From: a virus
Taxonomy: Duplodnaviria > Caudoviricetes
Length of the DNA: 31,411 nucleotides
Reading direction: 5' to 3' (one strand)
IMG/VR virus record: IMGVR_UViG_3300030376_002673
Coordinates: 1 to 31,411 of that record
Shown here: one piece after another, positions 5,516 to 15,028 of the stretch
Layout of the letters: each line of letters opens with the position of its first letter
How positions within the stretch are numbered: the stretch's first letter is position 1
Position numbers and translations under genes: made by a program
Notes under the pieces: generated by a model
What the model saw: the letters and a program-made list of their open reading frames with translations, nothing else
The model's database searches: none
Told to the model about the DNA's origin: nothing

Positions 5516-6747
5516 GGGCAGCATCAGAGGTCTTCGATGACTTCATGCGGCCCTCACGCTACAAGGCGATCTACGGGGGCCGAGGCTCCGCTAAGTCGCA
5601 CTTCTTTGCTGAGTGTATGGTTGCCAATGCGGCGGCGAATAAAGGCTTTCGTGCGGTCTGTATTCGGGAGGTGCAAAAGTCACTGAAGGAATCAGCCAAG
5701 CGGCTCCTCGAAGACAAAATAAACATACTGGGCCTAGCTAATCGGTTTGATATTTTAAACGACAGCATAAAGACACCCGGCAATGGCATCGTGATCTTCC
5801 AGGGAATGCAGGATCACACGGCGGAGAGTATCAAGTCGCTCGAAGGTTTTAACGTGGCGTGGGTTGAGGAAGCACAGACCCTATCAGCCAAAAGCCTTGA
5901 ACTGCTACGGCCTACGATACGCGCACCGGGATCAGAAATATGGTTTAGCTGGAACCCGACGAATGAGAACGATCCTGTAGACCAATTCTTTCGGGGTTTA
6001 ACGCCGCCGGATAATGCGATCATTCGCAAAATAAACTATGACCAGAACCGCTTCTTTCCAAACGAGCTAGAAGAGGAGCGGAGCCACGATTACGAACACG
6101 CCCCGGATCGTTATTCTCACATCTGGGAAGGCATGTACGAACCGATGGCCGTTGGTGCCATTTGGGACCGGGCTAACATACACGCTCATCGACGCACGGA
6201 AGCCCCGGAGATGGGCCGCATACTCGTATCTATAGACCCGGCTATATCGGCAGAGGCGGGATCGGATGAACACGGCATTATAGTAGCCGGATTGGGCATG
6301 GAAGGCAGGGGATACGTCCTTGATGACTGTTCCCGCCGGGGAACGCCGAAAGAGTGGGCAACTTCGGCAATCGCGGCCTATGACGAGTGGGATGCGGATG
6401 CAATCGTTATAGAGCGCAACCAGGGCGGTGATATGTGCCGCCACACGTTAGAGACAATCAGGCCGGGTATACGGATCATTGAGGTGGTTGCGACAAGGGG
6501 CAAGCACGTCAGAGCGGAACCCATAAGCTCTCTCTACTCACAGGGGCGTATAAGCCACGTTGGCACGTTCCCGGAGCTAGAGGCGCAAATGGTACGCATG
6601 ACATCCGCCGGGTATGAGGGCGACGGTAGCCCGGACAGAGTTGATGCCCTTGTTTGGAATTTCACAGAACTGTTCCCGAAGATGGTCAAGCGGCCAAGGC
6701 CAACCATCGATTACCGGGATGAGGTTCAAGGTAGCTGGATGGGCTAA
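5494..6747 (+). CDS. terL: Terminase large subunit
   Basis: Walker A GGRGSAKS, Walker B AWVEEA, motif III SWNP, nuclease acidic residues IDPA...SD...SPDRVDA; GTG start uncertain. Confidence 0.95.
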   Translation: MGQQVRVGAASEVFDDFMRPSRYKAIYGGRGSAKSHFFAECMVANAAANKGFRAVCIREVQKSLKESAKRLLEDKINILGLANRFDILNDSIKTPGNGIVIFQGMQDHTAESIKSLEGFNVAWVEEAQTLSAKSLELLRPTIRAPGSEIWFSWNPTNENDPVDQFFRGLTPPDNAIIRKINYDQNRFFPNELEEERSHDYEHAPDRYSHIWEGMYEPMAVGAIWDRANIHAHRRTEAPEMGRILVSIDPAISAEAGSDEHGIIVAGLGMEGRGYVLDDCSRRGTPKEWATSAIAAYDEWDADAIVIERNQGGDMCRHTLETIRPGIRIIEVVATRGKHVRAEPISSLYSQGRISHVGTFPELEAQMVRMTSAGYEGDGSPDRVDALVWNFTELFPKMVKRPRPTIDYRDEVQGSWMG

Positions 6748-8711
6748 TGGAAGAAGACGACATTCTCGAAGAAGCCAAGCGCAAATTTGAGCAAGCGGTG
6801 GAAGCGGAAGAAGACAACCGCACCCTTGCCGAAGAGGACATCCGCTTTTGTCGCCTGGGAGAACAATGGGACAAGGCTGACGAAGAGAAGAGGTCAACAG
6901 AGGGCCGTCCCTGCCTCACCATCAACAGGCTACCGGCGTTTGTGAGACAGGTATCCAATGACGCAAGACAGAACACACCATCCATCCACGTCTCACCTGT
7001 AGACGATAGCGCGGACCCAGAAACGGCCAAGGTTCTCCAAGGGCTGTTACGGAATATCCAAGTCCAGTCCAACGCTGACAGCGCATATGACCAAGCCTTA
7101 GATGATGCAGTAACGGGCGGATTTGGGTATTTCAGAATAGACGTAGACTACACACAGAACGATGTCTTTGATCAGGACATCATCATCAAGCGGGTGGCAA
7201 ACCCGTTCACGGTGTACGGTGATCCCCGGTCGATGGAGGTAGACTCCTCCGATTGGAATTGTTGCTTCATCACAGAAATGATGCCTCTGGATCAATTTGA
7301 GGATGACTACCCCGACGCCGAAAAGGTGGACTGGGAGACAGACTTTGCTGGCATCGATAACGCCGATGAATGGCTGTCAGAGGATAGCGTCCGGGTTGTA
7401 GACTACTGGGTCCGGGAGGAAGTAGAGCGCGAGATCGTCCAATTGTCAGACGGGTCCATCATTGGCTCTGACGATCTGGACGAAGAGCTTATGAACTTCA
7501 TGGCCGTCCAAGGCATCCAAGTTACGAACCAGCGGATGACTAAGACACACAAGGTCAAGCGGTACACGATGACCGCCGTGGAGGTGCTAGACGAAATAGA
7601 GTGGCCGGGAATGTATATCCCTATTGTTCCGGTACTAGGGGAGGAATGTTGGGTTGAAGGAAAGAGATATTTTAAGTCGCTCATCCGGGACGCAAAAGAC
7701 CCGCAACGCATTTATAACTACTGGCGTACAGCTTCCGCTGAATTGGTGGCACTGGCTCCCAAGGCTCCTTTTGTCGGTGCGGTAGGGCAGTTTGATACGG
7801 ACGGGTCCAAGTGGGCCACGGCTAACACGGAAAGCCATCCATACCTCCAGTATGACCCCGATGAGGTGGCATCTCCGCCCCAACGGCAACCATTCGCAGG
7901 GCCACCAGCCGGGGCTCTCCAAGAGGCTCTAAACGCCGCTGACGACATGAAGTCCGTGATTGGTATTTTTGACTCTGCCCTTGGGGCTCAGTCCAATGAG
8001 GTGACTGGTAAGGCGATCATTGAACGCAAGCGGCAATCAGACACATCAACCTATCATTTTAACGACAACCTCAACCGGGCCGTAACCCACGCCGGGAAGA
8101 TTATCATTGATCTGATCCCCCACGTTTACACAGAGGGCCGGATCGTCCGTGTATTGGGTGAGGACGACACGCCGGAAAACATTCCGCTAAACCAGCCTAT
8201 CCCTGTAATGCAACAGGGTCAGCCGGTGATGGATCAGCAAGGGATGCCAATGACACGCATCCACGATTTAACCAAGGGCAAATACGACATTATCGTGAGG
8301 CCGGGTCCATCCTACGCCACACGCCGCGAGGAAGCCGCCGCACAGATGATGGAACTGTTGCGGGTCTTCCCACAGGCCGCGCCATACGTTGGCGACATCT
8401 TTGCTAAGAACTTGGATTGGCCGGGTGCCGATCAAATCGCGGAACGGCTTGAAAGAGTTATCAGTGGTGCGGGTGGTCAGGACGGCGAGAAGGAGATGCT
8501 TGGCACCCAGTTAAAGGCCGCGATGGACTACATCACGAAGCTAGAGGGCGATCTAAACATAGACCAACAGAAACTTGCCATAGACTCCCAGAAGGCTGGC
8601 ATCGATCAATTCCGCGCAGAGACAGACCGCATGGAAGCGGAAGCGGAGATTGTAAAGGATTTAGCACAAGCCCGATCATACGGGCCTGTCACCAATTACC
8701 CAGTGGGGTAA
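6747..8711 (+). CDS. Portal protein, P22 gp1-like
   Basis: 654 aa after terL; GEQW...GRPCLTINRL, GGFGYFRI, AKDPQRIYNY, GKYDI...GPSY.TRR typical of P22-like portals. Confidence 0.92.
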   Translation: MEEDDILEEAKRKFEQAVEAEEDNRTLAEEDIRFCRLGEQWDKADEEKRSTEGRPCLTINRLPAFVRQVSNDARQNTPSIHVSPVDDSADPETAKVLQGLLRNIQVQSNADSAYDQALDDAVTGGFGYFRIDVDYTQNDVFDQDIIIKRVANPFTVYGDPRSMEVDSSDWNCCFITEMMPLDQFEDDYPDAEKVDWETDFAGIDNADEWLSEDSVRVVDYWVREEVEREIVQLSDGSIIGSDDLDEELMNFMAVQGIQVTNQRMTKTHKVKRYTMTAVEVLDEIEWPGMYIPIVPVLGEECWVEGKRYFKSLIRDAKDPQRIYNYWRTASAELVALAPKAPFVGAVGQFDTDGSKWATANTESHPYLQYDPDEVASPPQRQPFAGPPAGALQEALNAADDMKSVIGIFDSALGAQSNEVTGKAIIERKRQSDTSTYHFNDNLNRAVTHAGKIIIDLIPHVYTEGRIVRVLGEDDTPENIPLNQPIPVMQQGQPVMDQQGMPMTRIHDLTKGKYDIIVRPGPSYATRREEAAAQMMELLRVFPQAAPYVGDIFAKNLDWPGADQIAERLERVISGAGGQDGEKEMLGTQLKAAMDYITKLEGDLNIDQQKLAIDSQKAGIDQFRAETDRMEAEAEIVKDLAQARSYGPVTNYPVG

Positions 8712-8738
8712 TCGAGCAAGGCATAAGCCACTCGCAAC

Positions 8739-8762
8739 AAGCACCTCCGGGTGCTTTTTTTT
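8739..8762 (+). terminator. Intrinsic terminator between portal and scaffold
   Basis: AAGCACC-TCCG-GGTGCTT with T8. Confidence 0.75.
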
Positions 8763-8774
8763 ATTGAGGAAGAC

Positions 8775-9677
8775 ATGGACGAACAACCGGATGATGACGG
8801 ATTCGTTGAGGCAGAAGACACCGAGGAAGTAGAGGCGGAAGAGGCAGAAGCCGAGGAAGTCGATGCTGAAGAGGTAGACGAAGCTGAAGAGGGCGATGAC
8901 GACGAAGCCAAAGAAGCCGATGAGGTGGAGGCTGAACTGTTTGAGCTAACGCTGGATGACGGGACCAAAGTAGAGGTGCCGCAATCAGCAAAAGATGCGT
9001 TTATGAAGAACGCTGACTACACACAAAAAACACAGTCGCTGAGTGAGCAACGCAAGGCACTGGAAGCTGATAGACAGCGGTTCCAGCAAGCCATCAAAAT
9101 GCAAACCCAGTTCACTGAAGCTGACTCCAACGTCCGAGTGATTGACAGTCAATTGGCCCAATTTGAGGGCATTGATTGGAACACTTGGGGACAGCAAGAC
9201 CCGGCATCCGCGCAACAAGCGCAGATACAATTGGGAGCCTTGCGAGAACAACGAGGACAGGCGGTCCAAGAACTGCAAAAGCTACAAGCCGAGGCTCAAC
9301 AGACGGAATCCAGAGAGATAGCCCGTCAAACTGAGGAAAACCGGCAAAAGGTAGCAACGGCAGTAGCTGATTGGTCGTCTGACACTGAACGGGCCATCTT
9401 CGACTACGGTCTGAAGAGTGGCCTATCCGAGAATCAATTAGCCTCGACTAATTACGATCCGGCAGTTTTGTCGATCTTAAACAAGGCGCGGCTGTTTGAT
9501 GAACTTCAACAGCGGCAGACCGCAAAACCGAAAAAGAAGAAGGCGGAACCAGTTCCGAAAGCTGAAAAGGTGAGGGCGAAAAAGTCTTCTAGCCGTTCGG
9601 CCCCAACGGACTCTGACTCTACCGAAGCATGGTTAAAAAAGCGGAATGCCCAGATAGCTAAACGCATGGCGGGATAG
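8775..9677 (+). CDS. Scaffolding protein
   Basis: ATG 8775 after GAGGA; highly acidic N-terminus, ADYTQKTQ motif, coiled coil; lies between portal and coat. Confidence 0.85.
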   Translation: MDEQPDDDGFVEAEDTEEVEAEEAEAEEVDAEEVDEAEEGDDDEAKEADEVEAELFELTLDDGTKVEVPQSAKDAFMKNADYTQKTQSLSEQRKALEADRQRFQQAIKMQTQFTEADSNVRVIDSQLAQFEGIDWNTWGQQDPASAQQAQIQLGALREQRGQAVQELQKLQAEAQQTESREIARQTEENRQKVATAVADWSSDTERAIFDYGLKSGLSENQLASTNYDPAVLSILNKARLFDELQQRQTAKPKKKKAEPVPKAEKVRAKKSSSRSAPTDSDSTEAWLKKRNAQIAKRMAG

Positions 9678-9696
9678 TCATGCGGAAGGGTATATT

Positions 9697-10917
9697 ATGG
9701 CTAACTCACTACTCACACCTACGGCGGTCACACGGGAAGCCCTGCGTGTCCTCCACCAAAAGCTGAACTTTGTTGGCACCTGTAACCGCCAATATGATTC
9801 CAGCTACGCCCAAGACGGCGCAAAGATTGGCGACAGCCTGAAGATCAGGTTGCCTAACCAATACACCGTCCGTACCGGCGCAACTCTCTCCGCACAAGAT
9901 ACCACGGAGCAAAGCGTCACCCTCCAAGTCGCAACTCAAAAAGGTGTCGATGTAAACTTCACCTCCTCCGAGTTGACGATGGACATCGATGACTTCTCTG
10001 ATCGTATCCTAGAGCCAGCAATGGCATCTCTGGCGGCGAACATAGAGTCAGACGCACTGTCCATGTACAAGGAAGTGGCAAACGAGGTATCTGACGTTGG
10101 GGCAACCATCACCGCCGCTGACGTTCTTGGTGCGTCGAAGGTTCTCACGGACAACTTGGCTCCTTACAGCCAGCGTTGCCTCAACCTAAACACCCAAGAC
10201 AACATTGATCTGGTTGATGCCCTCAAGGGTCTCTTCAACGATCAGTCAAACGTGGGCAAGAACTACCGTGAAGGCCGGGTTGCTTCCAATACGTTCGGGT
10301 TTTCCGACATTATGGAAAACACCCTTATGCCATCCCACACCACGGGATCGGATGACGGCACGGGCGACTATCTCGTGAATGATTCTGGCACCATTGCGGA
10401 AGGCTCCACATCGATCACTATCGACACTGGCGCTGGAACTTGGAAGAAGGGCGACATCTTCGTGTTTGCCGGGGTGAACTCAGTCCACCCGGAGACCAAA
10501 GTAAGCACGGGCGTTCTCAAGCAATTCGTTGTAACGGCGGATGCGGGAAGCAGCGCGACAACCCTCAACTTCTCACCGGCTCTCTATTCTTCTGCCGGTC
10601 AGCAAAACGTGTCTGCAATGCCAGCCAACAACGCCGCTCTCTCCAAGTTAGAGAGTGACCGTTCCACGGCTATCGGTGCAAGTGCCGACTACAACATCAG
10701 CATGGCTTACCACAAGGATGCCTTCGCATTTGCGACTGCCGACTTGCTCAAGCCTAAAGGTGTTGATTTCGTGGCCCGCGAGGTCATGGACGGCATTTCG
10801 ATGCGGATTGTTCGGGATTACGACATCTCAAACGACAAATTCCCATGTCGTATTGATGTTCTGTATGGCTACAAAGCTATACGTCCAGAATTGGCTTGCC
10901 GCATTGGCATGAACTAA
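9697..10917 (+). CDS. Major capsid protein, P22 coat (gp5) family
   Basis: MANSLLT...GAKIGDSLKIRLP...RIDVLYG; Ig-like insertion (KKGDIFVFAGV); size and position. Confidence 0.93.
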   Translation: MANSLLTPTAVTREALRVLHQKLNFVGTCNRQYDSSYAQDGAKIGDSLKIRLPNQYTVRTGATLSAQDTTEQSVTLQVATQKGVDVNFTSSELTMDIDDFSDRILEPAMASLAANIESDALSMYKEVANEVSDVGATITAADVLGASKVLTDNLAPYSQRCLNLNTQDNIDLVDALKGLFNDQSNVGKNYREGRVASNTFGFSDIMENTLMPSHTTGSDDGTGDYLVNDSGTIAEGSTSITIDTGAGTWKKGDIFVFAGVNSVHPETKVSTGVLKQFVVTADAGSSATTLNFSPALYSSAGQQNVSAMPANNAALSKLESDRSTAIGASADYNISMAYHKDAFAFATADLLKPKGVDFVAREVMDGISMRIVRDYDISNDKFPCRIDVLYGYKAIRPELACRIGMN

Positions 10918-10924
10918 GGATCAC

Positions 10925-10953
10925 GGGGGGGCTTCGGCCTCCCCTTTTCTTTT
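10925..10953 (+). terminator. Intrinsic terminator after the capsid gene
   Basis: GGGGGGGC-TTCG-GCCTCCCC followed by TTTTCTTTT. Confidence 0.8.
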
Positions 10954-10962
10954 GAGGTTACG

Positions 10963-11610
10963 ATGGCCCTAGCAAATTATAATGATCTAAAGACAGCAAT
11001 AGCCGCTGAGTTTTCCCGTGCGGATACTGGCTTTACGAATGCCGTGCCTGATTTCATTACGAGGGGCGAGGGCTTTCTTAATCGTAACTTGCGCCACCAC
11101 CAAATGCGTACAACCGCATCCGTGTCTTTGTCGCAAGCCTCCTCAACAGCCGCTTTGCCAACCGGCTTTCTCTCTGACGTTGACCTCTATTATACGAGCG
11201 ACAAGAGGCAACTAAAAAAGGCCACAGATCGTGATCTGGTTTATTGGGGGCAGACAGAACAAGCCCAGCCCGTCTTATATCGGGTGGGGGCAACGTATGA
11301 ATTTGAGAGGCCAGCCGATCAAGCCTACACGCTGACGGCCATCTATTTTAAGGCGTTGGACTTGGCTGCCAACACAACCAATTGGCTGATGACCAACTAC
11401 CCGGATGCGTATCTATACGCTTCGTGCTTTGAGGCGGCAGTCGCACGGCGCAATGGTGAGCGTATGGGCATCTATAAGCCTATGCGGGATGAGATTGTTT
11501 TGGAAATTAATAAGCTGAATAGTCGCACACAGGGCCAAACCCTCATGCGGCAAGACTCCAGCCTAACAAAAGCGCGACAGTTTAACATTAATTCGGGTGC
11601 ATACTATTGA
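10963..11610 (+). CDS. Head-tail adaptor protein
   Basis: MALANYNDLKTAIA...LPTGF...TNWLMTNYPDAYLYAS; position after the coat gene. Confidence 0.78.
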   Translation: MALANYNDLKTAIAAEFSRADTGFTNAVPDFITRGEGFLNRNLRHHQMRTTASVSLSQASSTAALPTGFLSDVDLYYTSDKRQLKKATDRDLVYWGQTEQAQPVLYRVGATYEFERPADQAYTLTAIYFKALDLAANTTNWLMTNYPDAYLYASCFEAAVARRNGERMGIYKPMRDEIVLEINKLNSRTQGQTLMRQDSSLTKARQFNINSGAYY

Positions 11611-13106
11611 TACCATTTGGCGAGTTTGCGCCGGATCAGCCCTCTCTGGACTCAGGTGGGATGTACAGTCAGGTTGCAAAAAACTGCATACCCCGCACGA
11701 AGGGGAGCTACGGGCCGCTGGGGGCGCAGACAGCGTTGACCAATGCCCTTACGGCTCAGTGTCAGGGTGCGGGTGCCTTCCGCGCTAACGACGGCGCTGT
11801 GTACTCATTTGCCGGGGATATTAACAACCTCTACCTGTTAAGCACGGCCACCTATTCAGCGGTGTCAAAATCAACGGACGCCTACACAACGGCATCCGAC
11901 GACTCTTGGGAGTTTATAAGGTTTGGTAACCGGGTAATCGCTTGCAACGGTCACGCAGACAATCTCCAGAGCTTTGTGATGGGGACAAGCAGTGCCTTCG
12001 CCGATCTAGCGGCAGCGGCACCACGGGCAAGACATCTAGCTCAGATCAGAGACTTTGTGTTTTGCGGAAATACTTTTGACGGCACAGATGGCGCGGTGGC
12101 GAACCGGGTTAGATGGAGCGCAATAAACAACGCGACAGACTGGCCCACAGTAGGCTCTACAGACGCCGCCAGTAAGCAAAGCGATCAACAGGACTTACCC
12201 TCCGGCGGATGGGTCCAGGCCATCACGGGGGCCGTAGGCGGCACGGACGGCGTGGTATTTATGGATGGTGCGGTCTATCGCATTGTTTATGAATCTCCGC
12301 CTACTGTTTTTGGATTTTACGAGGTTGAACGGGCAAGGGGAACGATTGCACCCAACTCTGTGGTGAATGTCGGAGACTTCTGTTTTTATCTGAGCAACGA
12401 CGGGTTTTATGTGTTCTCCGGGCAAGACAGTAAGCAGATTGGATCACAGAAGATTGATAAAACATTCTTCTCCCGGTTTAACCAAGAATACCCGCATCTG
12501 GTCTTTGGCGCGGCGGACGCGATCAACAAAGTGGTGATGTGGATTTACCCATCGTCCTCAACCGCAAATGCTGACAGGGCCGTATTATATAACTGGGATT
12601 TGAATGAGTGGAGCGAGGCAGAATTTAACTCGCAAATATTGTTCCGCGATCTAACACAGGGCTTCACTTTAGAGGGTCTGGATGCGATCTCAAATAACAT
12701 AGACAATCTGGGCTACTCGTTAGACTCACGCATCTGGACCGGCGGCAGGGATGTCCTAGCTACCTTTGATACGGATAATAAGAACGCCACGTTTTCCGGC
12801 AATAACTTGGCGGCGACATTTGAAAGCCAAGAGATAGGCGGCGACACACGGATCATGGTCGATGCGGTGCGGCCCTACATCGATGCCTCTGCTAATTCAG
12901 CCATGAGCGTCAAAATGAAGTACCGGAACGATACCGGGGGCAGTGTAACGACAACGAGCGCAAGCACCCTTGATACTAACGGCGAGGCACACTTTACAGA
13001 CGTGAACGCACGTTATGTGAGGGCGGAGGTAACGGTAGCCGCTGACGCGACTTGGAACCACGCACAGGGCATTGACGCGACATATGTGGCAGAGGGCGGA
13101 TCGTGA
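11607..13106 (+). CDS. Tail nozzle/tubular protein (P22 gp10-like beta-propeller)
   Basis: IPFGEFAPDQP N-terminus, VRWSAIN..TDW, FYLSNDGFY...QIG..KIDKTF; coupled to the adaptor. Confidence 0.8.
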   Translation: MIPFGEFAPDQPSLDSGGMYSQVAKNCIPRTKGSYGPLGAQTALTNALTAQCQGAGAFRANDGAVYSFAGDINNLYLLSTATYSAVSKSTDAYTTASDDSWEFIRFGNRVIACNGHADNLQSFVMGTSSAFADLAAAAPRARHLAQIRDFVFCGNTFDGTDGAVANRVRWSAINNATDWPTVGSTDAASKQSDQQDLPSGGWVQAITGAVGGTDGVVFMDGAVYRIVYESPPTVFGFYEVERARGTIAPNSVVNVGDFCFYLSNDGFYVFSGQDSKQIGSQKIDKTFFSRFNQEYPHLVFGAADAINKVVMWIYPSSSTANADRAVLYNWDLNEWSEAEFNSQILFRDLTQGFTLEGLDAISNNIDNLGYSLDSRIWTGGRDVLATFDTDNKNATFSGNNLAATFESQEIGGDTRIMVDAVRPYIDASANSAMSVKMKYRNDTGGSVTTTSASTLDTNGEAHFTDVNARYVRAEVTVAADATWNHAQGIDATYVAEGGS

Positions 13107-14464
13107 GCGACTACTTTACGGCCAGCCCACGGCAAGGTTTTTTTTCGCAAGTCGCTGACAGTTACCAACAGCAAGGCGGCTTGCCCGGTTTGTTTAGCCA
13201 AGCCTTAAAGGCCTATTCGCCATTTCACTTTGGCGTTGCGCCAACAGCTTACAATCAATTTACCGATGAGGCGGGACAGGCGTTAGCAGATACAGGAAAA
13301 CAAATTGTTGGCGGTATGAAGCAAGGCATTGATGCGTTGGGCAGGGCGCAAAATGCAACTTACGCACAAAGGTATATGAACCCGAATATAGACCGACCTA
13401 TTACCGAAGCGGTGGCTGGAATGGTGGGTGGCGGGGTTTTCCCTGCCGTTGGCAAAATGGCACGGGGTATGAAGGTGGGCGATCCTTCAACGTTAGGGGC
13501 TGGAATGGTAGTTCGCCCTTACGCCACAACTAAAATGGCACCAGACGCTCCCGCAGAGCTTGATGCGGGATTGGTAGTTAAAGCTCCAAGAAATTACGAG
13601 CGGAAAAAAACAGTAACGCCAGAAGACTTTCCGGTGGGCGGTTATTTCACCCAACTATATGGTGATAGATCAAACGTGGGTGATCTAATTGAAACGGCAT
13701 CTGGACGGTTAGATAGCCCACTCGAACTGCAAGGCGGTCAAGGGTTTATGAGAAACAAAGCCACAGGCATTTGGGCATCAAATCCTGGGCCGATGACGGG
13801 TATTTCAAATCGAGTGAAAGTGGCAAGTGAAAAAGGAAAACCAGTTTACGGAGTCTTTTCTCCAATGTCTGGGCAGAGTACCGATTTCGCAAGAATGACC
13901 ACAGATTTAATGTTGGATAAGTTAGGTAAATCAGAACCAACAAAGGTGGCAATTAAAAAATTTGATAAGGAGATGAAAGCCAAGCACGATGACTTCCCTG
14001 GTGTGATGTCAGAGAAGTTAGACGATTGGTTAGCGGAAACGGGGAACCACAGATATGATTTGTCTAAAGTTATGGCAAAAGGTGAATATACAAAAGCCGG
14101 GTTCCCTGATTTTGCTGAAATTAGACACGCAATCCAAGACCCAGAATTGAGAGACCTCGAATTTGGGATGTCTCCATTGTCAGGGCAAAGCATAGGAAAA
14201 TTGGATGAAGCGGGTACGTTGCAACCGTCAATTCATAAAACTTACCCGGTAGAAATGCCGGGGGAATATGTCGGTGGCTTTGATGTTCCAATTCCTCGCG
14301 GAATGATTTTTAGAGATTGGTTTGATGCAAGACGCTTAGATAATCCGGGAGCTAGTGCCGCACACGAAGGCAAGTCGTTTATGGGTTCACATATCATGCA
14401 ACCGATCGATCAGCAGTTAATTGATACTCTTATGACATACCGCAACAAGCGACTGACAAAATAA
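13103..14464 (+). CDS. Hypothetical two-part protein: ejection-protein-like N-terminus plus globular C-terminal domain (candidate virion-delivered effector)
   Basis: GTGA-coupled to the nozzle; Gly/Gln/Ala-rich first ~135 aa, then an enzyme-like domain (YGDRS..LQGG..IWAS..HKTYP). Confidence 0.6.
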   Translation: MSDYFTASPRQGFFSQVADSYQQQGGLPGLFSQALKAYSPFHFGVAPTAYNQFTDEAGQALADTGKQIVGGMKQGIDALGRAQNATYAQRYMNPNIDRPITEAVAGMVGGGVFPAVGKMARGMKVGDPSTLGAGMVVRPYATTKMAPDAPAELDAGLVVKAPRNYERKKTVTPEDFPVGGYFTQLYGDRSNVGDLIETASGRLDSPLELQGGQGFMRNKATGIWASNPGPMTGISNRVKVASEKGKPVYGVFSPMSGQSTDFARMTTDLMLDKLGKSEPTKVAIKKFDKEMKAKHDDFPGVMSEKLDDWLAETGNHRYDLSKVMAKGEYTKAGFPDFAEIRHAIQDPELRDLEFGMSPLSGQSIGKLDEAGTLQPSIHKTYPVEMPGEYVGGFDVPIPRGMIFRDWFDARRLDNPGASAAHEGKSFMGSHIMQPIDQQLIDTLMTYRNKRLTK

Positions 14465-14660
14465 ATTTGCCGTCTTGACCGTAAGCGTGAACGTCTGCCG
14501 GTTTGAAATTGTGTTCGGACAGGAGGCGGTTCTGAAGGGCCATTAATTGTTTTTGTTCGGACGTTGGCAAATCTTCATATTCGTCCACGCCAGCTAATTC
14601 AGTGGCCTTTGTTAGTGCCGCTTCAAGTTTAAAAACGATGGAATTTTCTATTTCAAACAT
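14430..14660 (-). CDS. Small convergent gene (76 aa), candidate immunity protein/moron
   Basis: Fills the intergenic gap on the opposite strand, overlaps the 3' end of 13103-14464 by 35 nt, has its own promoter. Confidence 0.65.
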   Translation of the reverse strand: MFEIENSIVFKLEAALTKATELAGVDEYEDLPTSEQKQLMALQNRLLSEHNFKPADVHAYGQDGKFILSVACCGMS

Positions 14661-14695
14661 AGCAGAATTTTATCAAATTATTATGGATAAATAAA
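14661..14695 (-). promoter_or_regulatory. Extended -10 promoter predicting a leaderless mRNA
   Basis: Minus strand TG-A-TAAAAT (14672-14667) ends 6 nt before ATG 14660; no SD; AT-rich upstream. Confidence 0.6.
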
Positions 14696-14698
14696 GGC

Positions 14699-15028
14699 AT
14701 GACTAGTTTCAGTGGCATCCGGGCTTCACTTGCTGACACAGAGCTATGGGCGCGAGATGTAACGGAATGGTCCCGCCGGGTTATGAGGGGCAAGCTAAAC
14801 AATACGGCCCTATTCACGATGACGGCTAACGCCGCATCAACCACGTTTGCGGATGAGCGGATTGGCCTAGAGACACAAATCGTGTTCTCGCCAACCACGG
14901 CAAATGCGGCGACGGCACTGGCATCTACATTCGTCGCAGAGGGCGCAAGGGGTAACGGGACTGTAGTGGTCACGCATCCTAACGACAGCAATACAGACAA
15001 AACGTATCGGGTAAGTTTTCATGGCTAG
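14699..15028 (+). CDS. Small tail protein (needle/plug-like)
   Basis: GKLNNT..FT.TANAASTT..DERIG...IVFSPTTANAA type that normally follows the nozzle gene in such podoviruses. Confidence 0.6.
   Translation: MTSFSGIRASLADTELWARDVTEWSRRVMRGKLNNTALFTMTANAASTTFADERIGLETQIVFSPTTANAATALASTFVAEGARGNGTVVVTHPNDSNTDKTYRVSFHG

Noticed and set aside
8775-8960. GAAGAGGC-like repetitive DNA as tandem repeat or CRISPR
   Set aside because: Low-complexity Glu/Ala/Asp codons of the scaffold N-terminus; no fixed repeat-spacer period
14682-14690. DnaA-box-like TTATCCATA on the minus strand
   Set aside because: Single mismatched copy in an AT-rich promoter; likely chance
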